DNA of 64,000 nucleotides from a bacterium. GTDB taxonomy: Bacteria > UBA8248. A program made the position numbers and the translations under genes. The stretch is taken from assembly GCA_963692865.2 (NCBI GenBank), contig OY843592.1, forward strand, positions 3,488,001 to 3,552,000. The letters run 5' to 3'. Of this stretch, positions 9,078-17,825 are shown one piece after another; position 1 is the first letter of the stretch; every line of letters starts with the position of its first letter. The notes under the pieces were generated by a model. The model was given only the letters and a program-made list of their open reading frames with translations. It was not told where the DNA came from and did not search any database.

Positions 9078-9752
9078 TCACTCGCGCTTCGCCTTGTAGC
9101 GCAGGAACAGCTCATCACCCTCCCGCCGGACCTCCGCGAGCGTGAGTCCCAGAAACTCGCCCGAGCGGAATCCCGGCCCGTCCATGAGGGTCGGGGCGTC
9201 GGAGCCGCCGGCCAGCCAGGGGGTGAGCGTCACGTGAAATTCGTCGATATATCGGGCGAACTCCCATACCAGGTTTCCGCCGCCTTCGAGCAACACGTTC
9301 TTCATCCCCCCCTCCCCGAGATGAGCCAGCACCTGGCCGGCGAGAGATTCCGCCTCGTTCAGAACGACGATCTGCGCACCGCCGGTTTGGGCTTCACTTA
9401 GGCGGCGCGCGCCCTCCCGCGCCGTGAAAATGAACCGCTCGATCCCATCGGCTGAAAACCAGGGCAGTTTATCGGGGAAAGCGCCGCTTTTCGTGATCAG
9501 CGCGTTCGCCGGGTGCGGCGGCAGGCCGCGTTCCGCGCGCTCGCGGGCGAGGGATTCCTCGCGCACCCTTGCGGGATGCCGCGCCGTCCTGAGCGTCTCG
9601 CCGCCCCATACCACGACGTCCGCACAGGCTCTCAGCCGATCCATCTCCAGGCGATCCGCTCCCGAACCCAGGGAGAAATCCGCGCGGTCGAAACTCGCGA
9701 TTTTCCCGTCGAGCGTCATGGCCAAGTTCGCGTATACGAAGGGCTTCTCCAC
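9078..9752 (-). CDS. RibD C-terminal (pyrimidine reductase / DHFR-like) domain protein
   Basis: AMTLDGKIA, GGETLR, VLLEGGG, DEFHVTLTPWLAGG; no deaminase domain. Confidence 0.85.
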   Translation of the reverse strand: MEKPFVYANLAMTLDGKIASFDRADFSLGSGADRLEMDRLRACADVVVWGGETLRTARHPARVREESLARERAERGLPPHPANALITKSGAFPDKLPWFSADGIERFIFTAREGARRLSEAQTGGAQIVVLNEAESLAGQVLAHLGEGGMKNVLLEGGGNLVWEFARYIDEFHVTLTPWLAGGSDAPTLMDGPGFRSGEFLGLTLAEVRREGDELFLRYKAKRE

Positions 9753-9860
9753 TATAATTCTCGCTCAAGCTTGTGGTGCGCCCGCATAAGGCAGTAAAGT
9801 TTCCTGTCGCCTCGTCTTCATGAACGCGGGGCATTCATCAGACAAAGGAGAGAAAACGAC

Positions 9861-10508
9861 ATGGGCGAATTCGACCAGAGAGTGGACCTTCCGGCGCTCG
9901 ATTTCCAGAAACTCAACATCGGCCCCTACAGCAACAACGTGTACGTCCTCACGTGCAAGGCGACGAAGGAGTGCGTCATCATCGACACCTCCCATTCCGC
10001 CGAGCCGATTCTCGCCGCGTGCGAAGGCGCCGCGCCCAGGTACATTCTACAGACCCATTGCCACGGCGACCACATCGACGCGCTCGACGAGGTGCGCAGC
10101 CGCACGGGCGCGCCCCTGGGCCAGCACGCCGAGGACGCGAAGGAGTTCGGCATCAGCCCGGATTTCACCATCGCGGACGGCGAGGAGATAACCTTCGGCG
10201 AGATCACGCTCAGGGCCATCCACACGCCCGGCCACTGCAAGGGCATGCTGATGTTCCACTATCCGGGCCACTGCGTCTGCGGGGACACGATTTTCCCCGG
10301 CGGCCCGGGAAAGACCTGGAACCACGGGCAACTGCTGACCTCGCTCGATTCCATCGAGAACAAGGTCTTCGCCTTGGCCGACGAGACGGTCCTCTACCCC
10401 GGCCACGGGGCGAACAGCACCGTCGCGCAGAGCAAGGCGGAAGTCGCCCGATTCCGGGCCGCGGGCAGGCCGGGGCCGGACGAATTCGGGGACGTGACCT
10501 GGGACTGA
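9861..10508 (+). CDS. Metallo-beta-lactamase-fold hydrolase (glyoxalase II-like)
   Basis: THCHGDH, HTPGH, GDTIF, YPGHG; GGAG RBS. Confidence 0.9.
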   Translation: MGEFDQRVDLPALDFQKLNIGPYSNNVYVLTCKATKECVIIDTSHSAEPILAACEGAAPRYILQTHCHGDHIDALDEVRSRTGAPLGQHAEDAKEFGISPDFTIADGEEITFGEITLRAIHTPGHCKGMLMFHYPGHCVCGDTIFPGGPGKTWNHGQLLTSLDSIENKVFALADETVLYPGHGANSTVAQSKAEVARFRAAGRPGPDEFGDVTWD

Positions 10509-10586
10509 CGGGCGGGAAAACCATCTGACATCGGCGCGCGCGACAGCTTCGCGCGGCCCCGGAGAATAAGAGACAGGAGCCAAGCA

Positions 10587-10979
10587 ATGAGTTCAGCCGG
10601 CATCGTATTCGATCACGTGCACGTCATCAGCAAGGACCCCGAAGCGAGCGTGAACTGGTTCGTCGAGAACCTCGGCGGCGAACGCGGCGAGGGCGGCGTG
10701 TTCAAGGGCGCGCCGCAGATTCCCGTACAGTTCGACGGCGCGACGGTCATCGTCCGGGGCGAGAGAACGGGCGAGAGCGCGGGGGAGAAGAGCGGCCTGG
10801 AGTGGGGGACGGATCATTTCGCCTTCGAGGTATCGGGGGATTTCGACGCCTATTGTGAAGATCTCAAGAACAAGGGCGTGAAATTCACGGTGGGCCCGGT
10901 GCAATTCAACCCCGCGACGCGCATCGCCTTCATCGAGGCGCCCGACGGCGTCAGCATCGAACTGCTGCAGAGATCATGA
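10587..10979 (+). CDS. VOC (glyoxalase I-like) family protein
   Basis: FDHVHV, DHFAFEV, FIEAPDGVSIEL; GGAG RBS. Confidence 0.88.
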   Translation: MSSAGIVFDHVHVISKDPEASVNWFVENLGGERGEGGVFKGAPQIPVQFDGATVIVRGERTGESAGEKSGLEWGTDHFAFEVSGDFDAYCEDLKNKGVKFTVGPVQFNPATRIAFIEAPDGVSIELLQRS

Positions 10980-11018
10980 AGCCGGAGAGCCTTCCCTCCG
11001 CCCGATGAGGGACCCGGT

Positions 11019-12095
11019 TTGAAGAGAAATACCTTGTTTCACCTCACGCGAATCGCGGCGCCGCCTCTCCTGATAGCGGCGCTCGTCGGGGCGCCCGCGT
11101 TGCCGGCGCATGCGCAGGACGCGCGCGCTCAGGCGCAAGAGGAATTCCCTCCCGAACCGCCCCTGGGCCTCGACGACGTGCCCGTGCCCGAGGACAACCC
11201 CATGACGCGGCCCAAGGTCGAACTCGGGAGGCTGCTCTATTTCGAGAAACGCTTCTCCGGCGACGGGAAGGTCTCCTGCGCGACCTGCCACGCGCCCCGC
11301 CGCGGATTCTCGAACGCGCGCCAGTACGGGACGGGTTTCGAGGGCAGGCTCACGCTCAGGAACGTGCCCACCGTCATCAACGCGGCCTACAACGAGTCCC
11401 AGTTCTGGGACGGACGCGCCGCGAGCCTGGAGGAGCAGGCCAGGGGCCCCATTCTCCATCCGAGCGAGATGGCGTCGAGCGAGGAGAAAATCATCCGCAC
11501 GATCGGGGCGATCCCCGAATACCGGGAGCGATTCGCAGCGGCATTCGAAAGCCCCGGGGTCAGCCTGGAACGAGTCGTTCAGGCCATCGCCGCGTTCGAG
11601 CGCACCCTGCTCTCGGGGAACTCCCCGTTCGACCGCTGGAAATACGGGGGCGATGAGTCCGCGCTCTCGCCCCGCGCCCTCCGGGGGTTCGAGGTCTTCA
11701 TGAAGCGGGGGAATTGCGTGAAATGCCATCTGGTGGATGAATTCAGCGCGCCCTTCACGGACGACAAGTTCCACAACCTCGGCGTCGGGATGGACAAGAA
11801 GCCGCTGCAACTCGGACGAGAGGCGATCACGAAGAAAATCAAGGACCGGGGCAAGTTCAAGACGCCCACGCTCCGCCACGTCACCCAGACGGCGCCCTAC
11901 ATGCACGACGGCCGCTTCGTATCGCTTGAGGAAGTCGTCGATTTCTACGACAAGGGCGGCCACCCGAACCCCCACCTCGACCCGGACATGAAGCCCCTCC
12001 AGCTCACGAAGACCGAGAAAGAGGACCTGATCGCCTTCATGGGCGCGCTCACGGGCGACCTCCCCGAGGTCAAAACCCCCGAGTTGCCGAAGTGA
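11019..12095 (+). CDS. Periplasmic di-heme cytochrome c peroxidase superfamily enzyme, MauG/MbnH type
   Basis: Signal peptide (AHA-Q); CATCH and CVKCH; FWDGR; PSEM; FKTPTLR; TAPYMHDG...VVDFY. Confidence 0.88.
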   Translation: MKRNTLFHLTRIAAPPLLIAALVGAPALPAHAQDARAQAQEEFPPEPPLGLDDVPVPEDNPMTRPKVELGRLLYFEKRFSGDGKVSCATCHAPRRGFSNARQYGTGFEGRLTLRNVPTVINAAYNESQFWDGRAASLEEQARGPILHPSEMASSEEKIIRTIGAIPEYRERFAAAFESPGVSLERVVQAIAAFERTLLSGNSPFDRWKYGGDESALSPRALRGFEVFMKRGNCVKCHLVDEFSAPFTDDKFHNLGVGMDKKPLQLGREAITKKIKDRGKFKTPTLRHVTQTAPYMHDGRFVSLEEVVDFYDKGGHPNPHLDPDMKPLQLTKTEKEDLIAFMGALTGDLPEVKTPELPK

Positions 12096-12160
12096 GGCTT
12101 TTTCGGCAAACTCATCTTCGACGCCACCCAAGGTGATTCGGAGGATCAAGGACCTTCCGC

Positions 12161-12880
12161 ATGACACGCATGAAAAAGCTTTTCCCCCTCGCGCTCACGG
12201 GCGTTCTGTCCCTCCTGCTCACGTGCGCTCATTCCCGTGGCGCGGAGGTGGGCGAGGGAAAATCCCTTTTTCAGAACAACAACTGCGGAAGCTGCCACAC
12301 GCTGAAAGGCCCTGAAACCAGGATGCCCCCGCCCGCGCGCCACGGCATAAAAGGCCCCACGCTCTGGTATGCGGGCAGCAAGTTCCGGCCCGGCTTTCTG
12401 GCGAAATGGCTGGCCGAGCCGGAACCTTTCCGCGGCGTCGTCTACGGAACCATGAAGCGCGGCAGATACCCGCACCCCGCCCTTCCCGAGGAGGAGGCGG
12501 CGAAAGTCGCGGCTTATCTGGAAAGCCTGAAAGACCCCGAAATGCCCGTGGGCGTCGTTCCGCGCTGGAAGAAAATCCCCCGAAAAGTGCTCAGGCGCGC
12601 GAGAATCCTGTTCCAGAAGAAACAGCCGTGTTATTCGTGCCACATGGTCTCGATACGAAAGACGGTCTACCGCACGCGCATCGAGGTGGGCGGCCACAGC
12701 GCGCCGAATTTCATAGAGGGGGGCCGCAGGCTGAACCCCGATTTCATCGTCGCCTTCCTCAAGAAGCCTGCGCGCTACAACCCCAACGGCAGGATGCCCG
12801 TGTACGGGGATAAGGCGTTCACGAAGCTGAGCGAGAAGGATTTCATCGCGCTCGCCGCCTACATCGCGAGCTTCAAATGA
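12161..12880 (+). CDS. Periplasmic di-heme cytochrome c (NcgB-like)
   Basis: Signal peptide; CGSCH and CYSCH; internally repeated GPTLWYAGSKF / APNFIEGGRRL segments; C-terminal RMP. Confidence 0.82.
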   Translation: MTRMKKLFPLALTGVLSLLLTCAHSRGAEVGEGKSLFQNNNCGSCHTLKGPETRMPPPARHGIKGPTLWYAGSKFRPGFLAKWLAEPEPFRGVVYGTMKRGRYPHPALPEEEAAKVAAYLESLKDPEMPVGVVPRWKKIPRKVLRRARILFQKKQPCYSCHMVSIRKTVYRTRIEVGGHSAPNFIEGGRRLNPDFIVAFLKKPARYNPNGRMPVYGDKAFTKLSEKDFIALAAYIASFK

Positions 12881-13305
12881 AGTTTCACTCTCTCGCAAGA
12901 AGGCTGATTCTCGCCCTCGCAATGGCGGCGACGGGCGCCCCCCTCCCGGCAGGCGCGGAGGAGCCTGCAAGCCGCGTGAGCGCGCAGGAGAACTTCCGCT
13001 GGTACTGCATCCAGTGCCACGGCCCCAAGGGAGACGGCAAGGGGGTCAACAACACCAGGAAGCTGCCCGTGAACCCACGCAACCTCACCGACGGGAAGGA
13101 CATGGCCCAGTTCTCGGACGAAGACATGGTGCGCACCATCACCCACGGGGGCGGGGCGAGCGACCTCTCCCCCATCATGCCGCCGTGGGGCAACGTGTTT
13201 ACAAAACGGGAGATTCGTGATTTGGTGGCCCTGATCCGCAAGATGTGCAACTGCCGCTTCGACCCCAAGGCGAAAGAGGCTTTTCTGAAGCAACAAGGCC
13301 GCTAG
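12877..13305 (+). CDS. Periplasmic mono-heme cytochrome c (NcgC-like)
   Basis: ATGA overlap with the previous gene; signal peptide; CIQCHG..GDG.G; MPPWG distal Met; C-terminal CNC. Confidence 0.85.
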   Translation: MKFHSLARRLILALAMAATGAPLPAGAEEPASRVSAQENFRWYCIQCHGPKGDGKGVNNTRKLPVNPRNLTDGKDMAQFSDEDMVRTITHGGGASDLSPIMPPWGNVFTKREIRDLVALIRKMCNCRFDPKAKEAFLKQQGR

Positions 13306-13315
13306 GTTTCATACC

Positions 13316-14287
13316 ATGCGCGACATGACTCTCCCACTCGTCATCCTCTCTCTTCTGCTCTCGGCGCCCGCTCCAGCGCTCGGGGCGGGCGAGCGGATTC
13401 TCGTCACGAACACGCGCGACGGCACGCTGAGCGTCATCTCGCGCGATACGCACGAGGTCATCAAGACGATCCCGGCGGGCAGGAAGGCGAACCGCCTCTC
13501 GCTCGCGCCGGACGGCCGCCACGCCTACGTCATCAACGACGGCAGCGCCTTCGTGCGCGTATTCGACACGCACACGCTCCAGTTCGTCCGCCGCGTGCGC
13601 GCGGGGCGCGACCCCTACAACCTCGCGTTCTCCCCCGACGGCGCGCTCGCCTATTTCGTGAACACCTATTCGGACAACGTGACGGTCCTGGACATCGCGG
13701 CGCGGAAGATCATCGGCCTCATCAAGCACGGGGGCAACAACCCGGTGAACATCAAGCTGAGCCCCGACGGCCGCCTCGCCTTCGTGGCGAACGAATTGAG
13801 CGAGGACGTCTCCGTCGTCGATCTCGAAACGAGAAAGCCGATCAGGCAGATCGAGGCGGGCCACTACATCGAGGGCATCGACGTGACGCGCGACGGCAAG
13901 CGGCTCTACGTCATGAACGGGGAACGGAACTCCTACAGCGTGGTGGATTTGGAGGCGCTCGAAATCATCCGTACCGTCAAACTCTCCGGCGAGCCGCACG
14001 ACGCCCTCATCACGCCGGACGGGAAATTCCTCTACGTCACCCTGCCGCACAAGAACCGGGTGTCTGTCTTCTCCTTGCCCGCACAAAAGCGCGTCGCCGG
14101 CGTGAGGCAGGGGGTCCGGCCCGACCTCATCGCCTTTACGCCCGACGGCGCGCTCGCCTACGTGACGAACCGCGATTCCAGGGAAGTGTTCGTGATGGAC
14201 GCCAGACGACACCGCAACATCAGGAAAATCCGCGTGGGAAACGGGGCGCACGGCGTGCTCGTCGTGCCGCCCGCGCCGGTGAACTGA
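13316..14287 (+). CDS. Secreted YVTN/YncE-type beta-propeller (about 7 blades)
   Basis: Signal peptide; about 42-aa repeats of the form SPDG..AYVTN....VSV.D. Confidence 0.87.
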   Translation: MRDMTLPLVILSLLLSAPAPALGAGERILVTNTRDGTLSVISRDTHEVIKTIPAGRKANRLSLAPDGRHAYVINDGSAFVRVFDTHTLQFVRRVRAGRDPYNLAFSPDGALAYFVNTYSDNVTVLDIAARKIIGLIKHGGNNPVNIKLSPDGRLAFVANELSEDVSVVDLETRKPIRQIEAGHYIEGIDVTRDGKRLYVMNGERNSYSVVDLEALEIIRTVKLSGEPHDALITPDGKFLYVTLPHKNRVSVFSLPAQKRVAGVRQGVRPDLIAFTPDGALAYVTNRDSREVFVMDARRHRNIRKIRVGNGAHGVLVVPPAPVN

Positions 14288-14474
14288 GGGTTTTCGCTAT
14301 ATTACGCGCGTCATCCCCTCGAACGAAGAAGCCCCGGGTCGGCCTCAACGTAACGAAGACCATCGCTCATCCCGAACGAGCGGCGCGGGCAATGGCGGAA
14401 GTTGCGTTCCCCTCCCTCATGCGCCATATTCGAGAGACGAGGTTATTTCCAATCCAGACCCGCGGAGAGGAAAA

Positions 14475-14756
14475 ATGACGGAATTTGAAATTGCAACGCT
14501 CGAATTTGCACGTATCGGCCTATGGATTTCTGCGATTCACGCCTTCATATCGCTCATCGTGGGCAGCGTTCAATGTTTTCTCATCATGTTTGGACTGAAA
14601 CAGATGAGCCGCGCTTCGGCAGCCAGAGACAAGCAGCACGAAGAAACCATGGCCGCTCTGGACACCCGACACCGCGAAATCATGGGGGCCCAGGAAGCCC
14701 GCCACCGCGAAAACATGAAGGCCCTGGAAGCCCTGATCGAGAGAACCTCGAAGTGA
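14475..14756 (+). CDS. Small predicted membrane-anchored protein with 11-aa HxxxM repeats
   Basis: GGAGAGG RBS; candidate promoter TTGCGT-17-CATATT at 14402-14430; hydrophobic N-terminal helix; three degenerate 33-bp repeats. Confidence 0.7.
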   Translation: MTEFEIATLEFARIGLWISAIHAFISLIVGSVQCFLIMFGLKQMSRASAARDKQHEETMAALDTRHREIMGAQEARHRENMKALEALIERTSK

Positions 14757-14879
14757 GCGGATAAAAAACCGCCGCTCCGCCTGATTTGCCCGATCATTCC
14801 CCGGCGAGCCGCAATCCTCCGCAACGCGCAGTTTGACTCCGCTCGTTTTCAGGCTCTGTGTCGTACGACTCGGGCCGTA

Positions 14880-15764
14880 TCAAGAACCCTCGCCCGTCGC
14901 GCAGCGAAAGCCGATCTTGTTGTTCGTATAATCGGGGCGACGGTGATAGCGGTTGTGCGCCGTGGCCCAGGCGACCGGACTGCCCCAGGACGCGCCGCGA
15001 ACGACCCTCGTTTTCCCCTTCGCAGGCCCGTGCGGGTCGCGCTCGGCCATTTTCCGGTAGGCTCTCGAACCATAGCGGTCGGCCACCCACTCCCAGACGT
15101 TGCCCGACATGTCGAGCGCGCCGAAGGAGCTCGCGCCCTTCGGGAAGCGGCCCGCGGGAGCGACGCCGGGGAACCCGTCCTTGCCGCCCTTCAGGTTGGC
15201 TCTCATCGCGTCGCGCGCCTCCCCCCAGGGGTAGCGTCTCCCGTCTCCGCCGCGCGCCGCGCGCTCCCATTCCGCCTCGGTCGGCAGACGCCTGCCCGCC
15301 CACCCGCAATAGGCCTCCGCGTCGGGCCAGCTCACGTGGGAGACAGGCTGCGTCGGCGTGGTTTTCCAGCTCGATTTCGGGCCTTCGGGCCGGCGCCAGT
15401 CAGCGCCTCTGGTCTTTCGCCACCCGCCCTTCCCCTTCCTGAGGGAAGCGTCCCACGTCCAGGACCATTTTCGCTTCTCGGCCGTCGTCTTGTAGCCCGT
15501 TTGGGCGACGAAGCGCGCGAAGCGCTCCGCCGTCGCTTCGGTCTCGTCGATCCAGAAGCCTGAGACAAAGATTTTCCGGGGCGGGCGCTCGTCCTTGTCG
15601 CCGGATTTGCTGCCCATCACGAACCAGCCCGAGGGAACGCGCACCAGCGCCGCGCCGTCGAAACCGGATACTTTCTTGCCTGCCTGCTGCGCCTGTACCA
15701 ATGAGCCGGTGCCGCCCAGGAGGCAGGCGATCAGCAGACAAACGAGGCGTCTGGTAGAAAACAT
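14880..15764 (-). CDS. Secreted FGE/SUMF1-fold (FGE-sulfatase domain) protein
   Basis: [43 protein letters not shown]; signal peptide. Confidence 0.9.
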   Translation of the reverse strand: MFSTRRLVCLLIACLLGGTGSLVQAQQAGKKVSGFDGAALVRVPSGWFVMGSKSGDKDERPPRKIFVSGFWIDETEATAERFARFVAQTGYKTTAEKRKWSWTWDASLRKGKGGWRKTRGADWRRPEGPKSSWKTTPTQPVSHVSWPDAEAYCGWAGRRLPTEAEWERAARGGDGRRYPWGEARDAMRANLKGGKDGFPGVAPAGRFPKGASSFGALDMSGNVWEWVADRYGSRAYRKMAERDPHGPAKGKTRVVRGASWGSPVAWATAHNRYHRRPDYTNNKIGFRCATGEGS

Positions 15765-15831
15765 GCGTGCCCTTATCTCCTTGCCACTGGCAATGACGGG
15801 CGGATAGCGAGCGCCCCGGAAAAGCGAATCA

Positions 15832-16260
15832 CTAGTCCCTCAGCGGGTCTCTGGGGTCGTCCACGAACGTCGTGCCCGCCGCTTCCTTGTTGGGCATTCC
15901 GCCGTAGGTGAATATCAACTCCGCAGGCTCGTCCGCGCTCGGATTCTCCTGTCCGTGGATGCACCCGCAGGGAAAATAGACGAAATGGCCGACGGGAATC
16001 TCTTTCCTTTCAATCTCCCCGCCCTCTTTCCAGTAGATGTTGATGGGGCCTTTCACCACGTAGATCGTGGTGTCGCAGTTCTTGTGATAGTGCAGCGCGT
16101 TGCGGCCTCTCGGGGGGATGATGGTTCTCCCCATCGTGATGGTATCCGTCCCCGTCGTCTCCCGGTTCACGCCCCAGCGGATGTCGTAGGGCGGCTCATA
16201 GGCCTTGTCCTCGTCCACGTCCAGTGAATTTACGACTTGCGGTATCGGCAGATCCGCCAT
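15832..16260 (-). CDS. Cupin domain protein
   Basis: [10 protein letters not shown] and [10 protein letters not shown] cupin motifs; GGAGG RBS. Confidence 0.82.
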   Translation of the reverse strand: MADLPIPQVVNSLDVDEDKAYEPPYDIRWGVNRETTGTDTITMGRTIIPPRGRNALHYHKNCDTTIYVVKGPINIYWKEGGEIERKEIPVGHFVYFPCGCIHGQENPSADEPAELIFTYGGMPNKEAAGTTFVDDPRDPLRD

Positions 16261-16316
16261 GTGATCACCTCCAAAATATGAATGAAACCCGGAAAATTCT
16301 CGCTCCGTCCTTCGCG

Positions 16317-17540
16317 CTACCCCTCGGGCGGAGCGCTCCAGGACACGATGTTCTTCTCTCTCAATTCCTCGAGTTCGTCAGAACCCATGCCGAGCAGGTC
16401 GCCCAGAACTTCTCTGGTGTGTTCTCCCAGATAAGGCGCTCTCACGTACTTCATATCCGCGCCCGGCAGCCTGATGGGCGCCCCCAGGACCTTCATCTTC
16501 CCGGCTTCGGGGTGCTCCATCTCGACAATCATGTCCCGCGCCAGAATCTGGGGGTCTTCCATCGCCTGCGCCACGGTGTTCACCGGCGCGAAGGGAACAT
16601 GGCCCTGGAGCAGGTCTGTCCACTCCGCGTTCGTCTTTTCCTGGAACGACTTTTCTAAGATATCCAGCAGAACTTCCCGGTTCTCGAAACGGTCCTGGGC
16701 CAGCTTGAAGCGCGGGTCCCCGGCGAGCGCCGGCAAGCCCATGCGCTCGACGAGAACCGGGAAGAAGCTCTGCTTGAGGCAAAGCACGCTTATCCAGCCG
16801 TCCTTGGTCTCGAAATTCTGCGCGGGCACCATCGAGGGGTGCGCGCTTCGGGAGAATTTTTGCGGCGCGTAGCCGCAGTTGAGCGCCCAAGTGGCCATGT
16901 AGGCAAGCTGCACCAGGGCGCCGTCCATGAGCGCCACGTCGACGTCCCTGCCCTTGCCCGTGCGGTTCGCCTCCCACAGCGCGGCCAGCAGGCCCACGAG
17001 CGATATGAAGCCGCCCGAGAAATCGACGAAGCTCACGCCGGCCTTGGTCGGGGGGCCGTCGGGCTCTCCCGTCAGGTCCATGATGCCCGCATAGGCCTGC
17101 ATGAGGTAGTCATAGGCCGGTTCGGGCGCTCTGGGGCCCGTCATCCCGTAGCCGGAGAGAAAACAGCATACGATTTTTTCATTGTAGGGACTCAAGTGCT
17201 TGTAGGTGAGCTCGAGCTTCTCGGGCGCATCGCCCCGGCAATTCGCATAGAGCGCATCCGCTTTCGGCACGAGCCTGCGCAGTATCGCCTTGCCCTCGGG
17301 CGTGCGAATCCTGAGCGCGACGCTCTTCTTGTTGCGGTTGAAGGACTGGAAATAGTAGCTGTCGTTATGGGGAAGGGCATACGGGGGTACGGGCCGCGCG
17401 GAATCGCCGCCCACGGCGTGATCCTCTATCTTGATGACCTCGGCCCCCATATCACCCAACAGTTGCGATGCCAGCGGCCCGGCGCCGAACTGCTCCACCG
17501 CCAGGATTCGAAGCCCCTCCAGCGGCAATCGACCATTCAT
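16317..17540 (-). CDS. Family III CoA-transferase (CaiB/BaiF)
   Basis: PLEGLRIL, AGP, LGDMGAEVIKIE, NRNKKS, SGYG.TGP, AYD catalytic Asp, APYLGEHT. Confidence 0.92.
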   Translation of the reverse strand: MNGRLPLEGLRILAVEQFGAGPLASQLLGDMGAEVIKIEDHAVGGDSARPVPPYALPHNDSYYFQSFNRNKKSVALRIRTPEGKAILRRLVPKADALYANCRGDAPEKLELTYKHLSPYNEKIVCCFLSGYGMTGPRAPEPAYDYLMQAYAGIMDLTGEPDGPPTKAGVSFVDFSGGFISLVGLLAALWEANRTGKGRDVDVALMDGALVQLAYMATWALNCGYAPQKFSRSAHPSMVPAQNFETKDGWISVLCLKQSFFPVLVERMGLPALAGDPRFKLAQDRFENREVLLDILEKSFQEKTNAEWTDLLQGHVPFAPVNTVAQAMEDPQILARDMIVEMEHPEAGKMKVLGAPIRLPGADMKYVRAPYLGEHTREVLGDLLGMGSDELEELREKNIVSWSAPPEG

Positions 17541-17825
17541 CAAAAAATCCTCTCCAGAATCCCGTCCGGAGATTCAACTCACCAGACGGGAAAAATTCAT
17601 TTCGTGAGGCCTGGGATTCCTCCAAATCTCAAGCAATATCAACGCTTTTTAGCTGTGATTCACTCATCCGCAAAAATGAGCGCACATGAGATTATTACAA
17701 AACGTCGTGAAAGTATATTTGCGGTTTCTCTCTCGTCGCGTATTTGCTAGAATCATCTTGCTTTAACTCGATTTCAATTCACCCGAAAGGCTAAGTCTTT
17801 CATCATTTTGGGAATACATCTATTT

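Noticed and set aside
9861-10508. Antibiotic-resistance beta-lactamase
   Set aside because: No signal peptide; motifs fit cytoplasmic glyoxalase II-like MBL hydrolases.
11019-14287. Calling the cluster mau, mbn or nirS
   Set aside because: No Cys/Trp-rich MADH small subunit, MauD/E, MbnP or heme d1 biosynthesis genes, and the propeller has no cytochrome c domain.
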